Assembly: GCA_965206645.1 (NCBI GenBank)
Contig: CBDBKE010000004.1
Span: 288,001-352,000, forward strand
From: Terriglobia bacterium
Lineage (GTDB): Bacteria > Acidobacteriota > Terriglobia > JAJPHL01 > JAPKYU01
Length of the DNA: 64,000 bases
Direction: 5' to 3'
Shown here: one piece after another, positions 39,882 through 47,197 of the stretch
How positions within the stretch are numbered: position 1 is the stretch's first letter
Layout of the letters: every line of letters begins with the position of its first letter
Program-made: the position numbers and the translations under genes
Notes under the pieces: generated by a model
Database searches by the model: none
Told to the model about the DNA's origin: nothing
The model's input: the letters and a program-made list of their open reading frames with translations, nothing else

Positions 39882-41795
39882 CTACTTCGTCTCCTGCTTC
39901 TTCTCTTGCGGGCACGGCTTGATGGACATGCCTGGCGGCAGCTTGGTTTCTGCATCCCCACATGCCGAATCAAGCTACTCCTGCGTGAGACCTCCGGCAT
40001 ATCTCAGGTCGGCTCCCTGGAGCTTGGCGAGCTCGAGGAAGGCCCTCTGGAGGTTGGCGCCGCGGAGGGCGGCCTCCCGGAGGTTGGCGCCGAAGAGATC
40101 GGCCCCCTGGAGGTTGGCGTCGTAGAGGCTAGCCATCCGAAGGTCGGCTTCATCGAGGTCGGCTTTGACCAGGTGCGCCGCCACTTTGCGCGGTTGAAAG
40201 AGGGCCGCCCGTTCCTTGTCCAGTTCAAGGAATGGACCATCATCTTTCTCGCCTGGTGGACCGTCCCAGCGACCCTGTTTGCCTTCTGGCTCAGATACCT
40301 TCGCCGTCACGAATGGGGCGGCACGGGGTTGCACGTTTTTATTCTGGTGGCCGCGGTTGCTCTCGGGATCATTTTCTATCGTTCCGCGGCGCGAACACTG
40401 CGAGGGGCCGACCCTCCGCTGTTTGGGTGGAAGACATTTTGGCGGAACCGCAGAATCTTTCAAGTAGCCGGTACATCTCTTCTTGGCGTCTTGCTTTCGG
40501 TGCTCTCCTTCGGCGCAATCGAGGGGTTTCGGGGACGCAATCCGGATCGGGCCGATATTGCCAGCGCGGAGCAGTTCGTTAAGAAATGGGTGCCGCAGGC
40601 CTTTGGAAAAGTTGGCTACAGCCCGTTCGCCGACCTGGTAGAAGCAAAGGTTTCGATCAAGCCTGAGAACTGGACGGGAATCGGCGATGAGGAGCAGCTC
40701 AACGCCCAAATCGCTCAAGTCAAGGGGGCGCGCCTGGAGGGCATGGACCTCCGTTACGCTTCCGCAGATGGCGCGTTCCTGACCATTCAGGAGCCAGGGG
40801 TAAGCGCGCTCATCCAACCGCTTGCCGTCGGGAAACTTCGCCGGGAGGCCCGCCAACCCTTCCCACAGCATGCCCAGGTAAAAATGGAGATAGACGTAAA
40901 ACCCCAGCAGGGCAAACGGTGCGGCCCAATAGAACCAAGCGATGGGGATTTCCGTCCGTATGATCGGAAGCGGGGAGGAAGCCGAATTCGTGAGGAGCCG
41001 CGCGTCGGTTGTGGTGGCGATCGTCAGCAACGAGTAGGCACAGCCCGACAACATCGCCAGGAAAATCTTGCGTGCGTTCTTGGAGGTTTCGGCGACGGTC
41101 TCCAGTATTTTGAAATCGCGAATGTCTTCCGGCAGTTTTGCTCCGGTTACATCCGCGCGCGCAAACTCCGTCCCCAGGAGTCCGTTAGCACCGTCGAAGT
41201 TCGCATTCTGTAATCTAGCCTCAGCCAACCCTTCAACACCTTCTAGCCCCGCTCCTTGGAGTTTCGCTTTAGTTAGGTCGGCCCCGCAAACGTCGGCCGC
41301 CATGAGGTGAGCCCTCTGGAGGTTGGCTTCGTAGAGGTCGGCCCCCTGGAGGTTGGCTTCGGTGAGGCTGGTGCCCTGGAGCTTAGCTTCTTTGAGGTCG
41401 GCCCCCTGGAGGTTGGCGCGAAAGAACTCGGCCCCTTGGAGGTTTGCGGCGTAGAGGCGCGCCCGCTGAAGGTTGGTCCCGAGGAGGTCGGCCTCCTGGA
41501 GGTTGGCGCCTTCGAAGTCGGCCCTCTGGAGGTTGGCTCCTTTAAGGTCAGCCCCCTGGAGGTTGGCGCCGCTGAGGTTGGCCTCCCGTAAGTTGGCGAG
41601 GACTAGGCAGGCGTTTTCGAGGTTGGCCTTCTGGAGGTTGGCACGGCTGAGGTCGGCGTGCTTACCTTGCTTTCCCTGCGATTCTACCCACTTCCGATGC
41701 GCTTCAAGAATCTCTGCCAATTCCTCTTTGCTGATCTCTCGAAACTCAGGCTTTTCAGAGGTGGGTGCTTCGGGCCCCTTTGTTTCCTCGTTCAT
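39882..41795 (-). pseudogene. Pentapeptide-repeat membrane protein disrupted by an internal inversion and a nonsense codon
   Basis: ANLQG/ADLxE repeats at both ends; the middle 40171-40780 codes on the opposite strand; TAG at 39977-39975 interrupts GLTQE*LDSACGDAETKLPPG. Confidence 0.85.
40171..40780 (+). other. Inverted 610-bp intragenic segment
   Basis: Re-inversion gives in-frame YPWLLNG-QVRRHF...GARLEGMDLRYASADGAFL-VKADLDEADL; 4-bp CAGG/CCTG microhomology at the junctions. Confidence 0.85.
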
Positions 41796-41877
41796 CTTGC
41801 CTGCCCCTTGACCACGCCGGGGATAAAGATCCACGGCCTGCGACATCTTAGCAGCATGCAGAAAGAACCTGCCAGCG

Positions 41878-41951
41878 TGTCATTCCGAGCGGTGACAGTC
41901 TACTGCCGCTACAGATTGAAAAGCAGATTCCTCGCTGCGCTCGGAATGACA
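41878..41951. repeat. REP/MITE-like inverted repeat element
   Basis: 14-bp perfect IR TGTCATTCCGAGCG ... CGCTCGGAATGACA; right arm recurs at 44998-45026. Confidence 0.7.
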
Positions 41952-42031
41952 ACGGGGCAGGAACCTGAAACCGCAGCGCCTGCGGGCACGTCATCACAAC
42001 ACAGAGGCCACCACAGAGGGGAGGAGTTCCA

Positions 42032-43015
42032 ATGCGCCTGCCTGCCGTCCCGCTGTTCCTGCTTCTGGTTGCATTCTCCCTGCCTGTTTTCCCGGCCCCG
42101 ATCGAGCCGACGATTCCGGAAACGACCATTCGGGTGGACGTGAACCTGGTCAGCTTCCCCGCAACTGTCACCGACCGCTATAGGCGCTATGTGGGCTCCC
42201 TGCGCCGGCGGGACTTCACCTTGTATGAGGACGGCGTGCCGCAGAAGATCGCCGTCTTCCACAACGAAATTGTGCCTGTTAGCGTGGGCGTGGTGATTGA
42301 CACCAGCGGGAGCATGGTGGACAAGATTCAGGAGGCGGCCGACGCCCTGACTTACTTCGTCAACACCATCCAGCCCGAGGATGACGTCTTTCTGATCCGC
42401 TTCGCGCGAACCGTCAAGCTGGAACTGGACTTCACCGCGAACCGGGCGCTGTTCCGCCGGGCAGCCTACCGGCTGCGCGCTCGAGGCTCCACGCGGCTCT
42501 ATGACGCGCTGGCCGAAGCGCTGGACAAAGTCCGAAGCGGGCTGCATCAGAAGAAGGCCATCGTGCTAATTACCGACGGCAACGACACTTCCAGCTACGT
42601 CGGCTTCGAGGAGGTGTTGGAGATGGCGCGCCGCTCCGAAGTGCTGGTCTACGCAATGGGGATTGGGCACGGGCACCGCGGCTTGCTGGGCGAACTTCGC
42701 CGCCACGCGCGCCGGCGGCGGGGCCAAGACCGGGTGGACATGCGGGTCCTGGGGGCCATTGCCGGCGCTACCGGCGGCTTCGCCTTCCACCTGGAGAATG
42801 CGCACCGCCCGGGAGCAGACCTGATTGACCAGGCTGCGCAGGAAATTTCCACCGAGCTGCGGCAGCACTACACCATCGGCTACTATCCCACCAACGCCGC
42901 GCGAGACGGAACCTACCGGAATATCAAGCTGGAGGCCAAAGTGCCCGGCCTGAGAGTCCGTCACCGCCGTGGCTACTATTCGCCGGGGGAAACCTCCGCC
43001 CGTGCGCGGCCTTGA
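42032..43015 (+). CDS. VWA domain protein (acidobacterial VWFA-related)
   Basis: TIRVDVNLV..PATVTD, DF.LYEDG.PQKI, MIDAS DTSGSM, TRLYDA, ITDGNDT, ELRQHYTIGYYP. Confidence 0.9.
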   Translation: MRLPAVPLFLLLVAFSLPVFPAPIEPTIPETTIRVDVNLVSFPATVTDRYRRYVGSLRRRDFTLYEDGVPQKIAVFHNEIVPVSVGVVIDTSGSMVDKIQEAADALTYFVNTIQPEDDVFLIRFARTVKLELDFTANRALFRRAAYRLRARGSTRLYDALAEALDKVRSGLHQKKAIVLITDGNDTSSYVGFEEVLEMARRSEVLVYAMGIGHGHRGLLGELRRHARRRRGQDRVDMRVLGAIAGATGGFAFHLENAHRPGADLIDQAAQEISTELRQHYTIGYYPTNAARDGTYRNIKLEAKVPGLRVRHRRGYYSPGETSARARP

Positions 43016-43059
43016 GAGTTGAAATTTCAGGATGGCAGGGAAGCTGCTCTTGCACCCTG

Positions 43060-43602
43060 CTACGCGATGCCTGACTCCGGCCGGCGTTTCTGCGGGAGCT
43101 TCTCTTCTTCACGCCGCTGCAACTGGAACACTTTTTCGGCGACGAATATCTTGGCGCCGGAGCGCAGCGCCAGCGCGATCGAGTCGCTCGGCCGGGCGTC
43201 GTAGGTCTGTTGACGGCCGTCTTTCTGAAAGGTCAGGTTGGCGAGAAAGGTGCCGTTCACCAGGTCTCGCACCACGACGCGCTCGACCTGCCAGCCATTG
43301 CGGTCCAGGAACGTCTTGAAGATGTCGTGGGTCAGGGGCCGTGCCGCCTTCTTTTTCAGTTGCGCCAGGTTAATGGAGTGGCCTTCGGAGAAGCCCACAA
43401 TCATCTCGATCCGGTCCACACTATCTACTGCGCGCAGGGCCACGGCGAAGCCCGCGTTGGTCAGCATCAGGCGGTCCAGCACGACTTCGCGAATGTCCTC
43501 CTTGCTTTTCTCCGCCGCGGGAAGCGAGGTGGGAGCACCCAGCAGGGAAGGCCATACGCACAACAGCAGCATCATCATCACCCGGCACACATTGCGTCTC
43601 AT
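43060..43602 (-). CDS. Bifunctional nuclease family (DUF151) protein
   Basis: RPLTHD, GTFLANL, DARPSDSIALALRSGAKIFV. Confidence 0.85.
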   Translation of the reverse strand: MRRNVCRVMMMLLLCVWPSLLGAPTSLPAAEKSKEDIREVVLDRLMLTNAGFAVALRAVDSVDRIEMIVGFSEGHSINLAQLKKKAARPLTHDIFKTFLDRNGWQVERVVVRDLVNGTFLANLTFQKDGRQQTYDARPSDSIALALRSGAKIFVAEKVFQLQRREEEKLPQKRRPESGIA

Positions 43603-43840
43603 ATGCAACTCCTCTGAGGCCAGGCTACCCTGTTGCAGCCCAGGCCTGCCAACCCAGATCTGCGGTGATAGTAGCACGACTCGAAACCTGAGACGGCACG
43701 CGTCGTGGTAGAATTTGCGGACGAACGGAATCAACCAACTAGCGCGCAGCATGTTTCTGCGAAAAGTAAAGACGCACCTGTCCGTGGCAGAATCCGCCGA
43801 TGCTTTCTCGGTTCCTTCGATTGTCCCTTGAAGCAATAGC

Positions 43841-44530
43841 GTGCCGGCCCGCGTCGCCCTGCTGATTCCTGCACTGAACGAAGAGGCATCTATCGGGCAT
43901 GTACTCAGCAGTCTGCCCGAGGGCGTGTTTTCCCAGATTGTGGTGGTGGACAACGCCAGCACCGACCGAACCGCCGAGGTGGCTCGAGCCCTGGGCGCCA
44001 CCGTGGTTCGGGAGCCGCGGCGGGGCTACGGACGCGCCTGCCTGGCAGGGTTAGCGGCGCTGGAAGCGAACACCGACACGGTTGTGTTCATGGACGCCGA
44101 TTCCAGCGACGTCCCCGAGGAGGCGGGACGCCTGCTGGAGCCGATTGTCTCTGGGTCTGCGGATTTGGTGATTGGCTCGCGCGTGCTGGGCCAGGCCGAG
44201 CCCGGAGCGCTGGCCCCGCACCAGCGCTTCGGCAACCGCCTCGCCACCTCCCTGGTGGCTTGGCTCTACGGCTTTCGCTACACCGACCTCGGTCCCTTCC
44301 GCGCGATTCGCGCTGATCGCCTTCGCCAACTGGGCATGCGGGATTGCGACTTTGGCTGGACGGTCGAGATGCAGGTGCGCGCGTTGCGCTGCGGGCTGCG
44401 CGTGGTGGAGGTGCCGGTCAGCTACCGGCGGCGCATCGGAACCAGCAAAATCTCCGGCAACCTGCGCGCTTCTCTGGCTGCTGGGTGGAAGATCATTTCT
44501 ACCATCCTCCGCCTGCGATTCGTCTCTTAA
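43841..44530 (+). CDS. Glycosyltransferase family 2
   Basis: IPALNEE, VVDNASTDRT, RGYGRAC, FMDAD, TDLGPFRAI, GWTVEMQ. Confidence 0.92.
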   Translation: MPARVALLIPALNEEASIGHVLSSLPEGVFSQIVVVDNASTDRTAEVARALGATVVREPRRGYGRACLAGLAALEANTDTVVFMDADSSDVPEEAGRLLEPIVSGSADLVIGSRVLGQAEPGALAPHQRFGNRLATSLVAWLYGFRYTDLGPFRAIRADRLRQLGMRDCDFGWTVEMQVRALRCGLRVVEVPVSYRRRIGTSKISGNLRASLAAGWKIISTILRLRFVS

Positions 44531-44581
44531 CGGGGGTCTCTTTGCCGGGGTCCGGACGACTTCCTGATGGCCGCCTAACTG

Positions 44582-44941
44582 CTAACGTTCCCTTTGGTGG
44601 GAACGGTGTCCGTTTGTTCCTTGGACATCTCCAGATTCAGGGCTTTCTTGCAGGTGGAGGACCAGCTCCTGCTCCACAAAGAGGACTTCCATGCCCTCCC
44701 GCACCAGGACCTTGCAGGAGAGGACCGTGCGCGGCCTGCCGTCCATGCCGACCACCACCACCCGGCAGTACTGGCATTCTTCATTCCAGCAGAAGCGGCC
44801 GTAGGGAATCGTGTTGGGGCTCACGAATTGGAAGCCCCGAAGCAGGATGTTGTTCTCCGGGACCTCGGCGGTTTTCCCCAGCACCGTGATTTTGATTAGG
44901 CGTTCGTAGGGGGCATACAGTCCGCTTGTCTGGGTGGACAT
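44582..44941 (-). CDS. Small 2Fe-2S cluster-binding domain protein
   Basis: VPENNILLR, FCWNEECQYC...LSC cysteine pattern; TAGAAT 7 nt upstream of ATG. Confidence 0.7.
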   Translation of the reverse strand: MSTQTSGLYAPYERLIKITVLGKTAEVPENNILLRGFQFVSPNTIPYGRFCWNEECQYCRVVVVGMDGRPRTVLSCKVLVREGMEVLFVEQELVLHLQESPESGDVQGTNGHRSHQRER

Positions 44942-44997
44942 CCGAACTATTCTACTCCAGGAGGGTTCTGGAAAATGCCCGGCCAGCGTGCGGAAAG

Positions 44998-45026
44998 GCA
45001 GATTCCTCGCTTTGCTCGGAATGACA
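44998..45026. repeat. REP-like half element
   Basis: GCAGATTCCTCGCTTTGCTCGGAATGACA matches 41923-41951 at 27 of 29 positions. Confidence 0.7.
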
Positions 45027-45065
45027 GGGAAGTCGCTTTTTCGGCACCCTGCCGACCGCTTCTCC

Positions 45066-45764
45066 TCATCGGACTGCAGGATACCAACGGGCCAACCGAT
45101 GCGCCGGCACTCCCAGGGTATAAAAGGTCTGAATCCAGAACCAGGTCCACATCGTCCGCCACACTCCCCGGTTCTCCCATCGGCGGGATGACACCTCAAG
45201 TTCCTCGCGCAGATGAGCCAAGCGTCCTGCCTTCCACAGACGCCTGGCAAATTCGTAATCTTCCATCAGTGACAGCGGAGCGAAGCCGCCCAGCCGTTCA
45301 AAGACGGACCGCCGCACGAAGATGCCCGAATCCGCATAGAAGATCCCAAAGCGCCGCCGGTGGTGATTGATGGCGGTAAACAATCGGCTGGCCACAGCAT
45401 GTCCGCCGCCGGCAAAACGCACCCGGAAGTTGCCTCCCAGGATGGACGTGTCCGCCAGAGCGCGCTCGATGGCCAGGATGCCGTCCGGGTGGAAGCGCAC
45501 ATCGGCGTGCAAGAACAACAGGACGTCACCGCGTGCGGCGCCTGCGCCGGCGTTCATCTGGGCCGCGCGTCCTCGCGCAGCGTGCAGAACTCGGCATACG
45601 GAGTTGAAATCCGCGGCGATCTTGATCGTGGTATCTGTGCTGTCGCCGTCCACGACCAATACTTCAAACGCTCCCTGGGCGGCGGCCAGCGAACGCAACG
45701 TGGCGGCCAGCACGCGTTCCTCATTTAGGACGGGAATGATGACGGAAACCACTACCTGCAGCAC
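45066..45764 (-). CDS. Glycosyltransferase family 2 (TIGR04283-like); start approximate
   Basis: SVIIPVLNEE, VVDGDSTD, GRAAQMNAGA, LLFLHAD, GGF....LMED, SSRRW. Confidence 0.85.
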   Translation of the reverse strand: MLQVVVSVIIPVLNEERVLAATLRSLAAAQGAFEVLVVDGDSTDTTIKIAADFNSVCRVLHAARGRAAQMNAGAGAARGDVLLFLHADVRFHPDGILAIERALADTSILGGNFRVRFAGGGHAVASRLFTAINHHRRRFGIFYADSGIFVRRSVFERLGGFAPLSLMEDYEFARRLWKAGRLAHLREELEVSSRRWENRGVWRTMWTWFWIQTFYTLGVPAHRLARWYPAVR

Positions 45765-45898
45765 CTGTACAAATTGGAGGCCCTGTGTCCGGAGAGTAGC
45801 AGCTACGATTCTCCACGTGTCTATCTCGCGGATTCTACCCGCCGGCGCGCGGATTCTACCCGCCGGCCGAACCGGAAGCAAGGTCAACTCCCCCTAAG

Positions 45899-45927
45899 TT
45901 GACATCCCCCAACCGCGCTGCTATACG
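45899..45927 (+). promoter_or_regulatory. sigma70-like promoter of the aminotransferase operon
   Basis: TTGACA-N17-TATACG with extended -10 TG; ATG 7 nt downstream of the -10. Confidence 0.5.
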
Positions 45928-45934
45928 GTTCAGG

Positions 45935-47185
45935 ATGGGAGCGCAACCCTTGCGGCATTCCGCCCGCACCTCGCTGCTTCTGCCCACCGCAGTGAACTCC
46001 ATCCTTTCCGAGGTTCGTCGGTATCAGGCGGAAGGCAGAGAATGTATCTCACTGATGCGAGGACAGCCTGACATTCCCACCCCGCCGCACATCGTGGAGG
46101 CCGCGGCTCGTGCGCTCCGGTATGGGCGCACCGGCTACCCGGACAATCGCGGTGAACCGTCGCTTCGGGAAGCAGTCGCCGAAAAACTGCGTCGCGAGAA
46201 CCAACTCCATTACGAACCCGGCTCGGAAATCCTCATCACTACGGGCGCCACGTTTGGCATCTACGCAGCCCTGACGGCCCTGCTGAACGAAGGCGACGAA
46301 GTGTTGCTACCCGACCCGATCTACGACGCCTACCGGTCACCGATCCTGCTGGCGGGCGGCCGGGTGCGGTCGGTCCCCGCTAAGCTTCAGGGCGACCGAT
46401 TTCGCCTGGACCGCGAAAGCCTGGAATCGGCTTGGACTCCAGCCTGCAAAGCACTGCTGCTGAACACACCATGGAACCCGGTGGGTTCTGTCTTCACGGA
46501 GACCGAGCTGAACGATATCGCCGGGTTTCTGGAGCAGCGCGACGTGCTGCTCCTCAGCGATGAGATTTATGAGGCGATCCTCTACGGCGATCGCCGGCAC
46601 GTTTCGCCCGCCTCACTTTCCGAGCGCCTCCGCGCGAGGTGCATCGTCGTGAACAGCCTGTCCAAAACATATGCGATGACCGGGTGGCGGGTGGGCTATT
46701 GCGCGGGACCAAAGGAACTGATCCAGGCGATGTTCCTGGTGCTCCAGCAATCGAGTCGCGGTCCGGCGCTGTTTGTGCAGGATGCTGCAGTAGTGGCCTT
46801 GGGCGGACCGCAAGATTGCGTTCTTGAGATGCGCGCGGAATACAGCCGGCGCCGCGCACAGGTTCTGGAGCAATTGAAGGGAATCCAGGCGACGGTGGTG
46901 CTGCCTCCGGAGGGAGGCTTCTTTGCCATGCTTGACATCCGTGAGCTAGGTCTGGCTTCCGACGAGGTTCGCCGGCGACTTCTGGCGGAAAGCGGCGTCG
47001 TGGTGGTCCACGGCGCCGCCTATGGTTCGGGCGGAGAGGGCACCTTACGAGTGTCCTTCGCCGCCGGCGGTGAGAACCTGACGCGCGGATTGGGGCGTTT
47101 GCGAGAGGGTTTGGCACGGATCAGCACAGAGCCGAGTAGCAGCGGCGCGCCGAGCGCAGGCGTTCCAAATTTTGCCCAGCCATGA
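45935..47185 (+). CDS. PLP-dependent aminotransferase class I/II
   Basis: GQPD, NTPWNPVG, SDEIY, SLSKTYAMTGWRVGY. Confidence 0.93.
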   Translation: MGAQPLRHSARTSLLLPTAVNSILSEVRRYQAEGRECISLMRGQPDIPTPPHIVEAAARALRYGRTGYPDNRGEPSLREAVAEKLRRENQLHYEPGSEILITTGATFGIYAALTALLNEGDEVLLPDPIYDAYRSPILLAGGRVRSVPAKLQGDRFRLDRESLESAWTPACKALLLNTPWNPVGSVFTETELNDIAGFLEQRDVLLLSDEIYEAILYGDRRHVSPASLSERLRARCIVVNSLSKTYAMTGWRVGYCAGPKELIQAMFLVLQQSSRGPALFVQDAAVVALGGPQDCVLEMRAEYSRRRAQVLEQLKGIQATVVLPPEGGFFAMLDIRELGLASDEVRRRLLAESGVVVVHGAAYGSGGEGTLRVSFAAGGENLTRGLGRLREGLARISTEPSSSGAPSAGVPNFAQP

Positions 47186-47197
47186 TCTTCTCCAGTC

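Noticed and set aside
39864-41213. Independent 449-aa plus-strand gene overlapping the pentapeptide gene
   Set aside because: Only 40171-40780 is real coding sequence (the inverted segment); both ends are antisense of the minus-strand gene
41300-41660. 15/30-bp GGAGGTTGGC repeats as a DNA repeat element
   Set aside because: They encode ANLQG-type pentapeptide repeats
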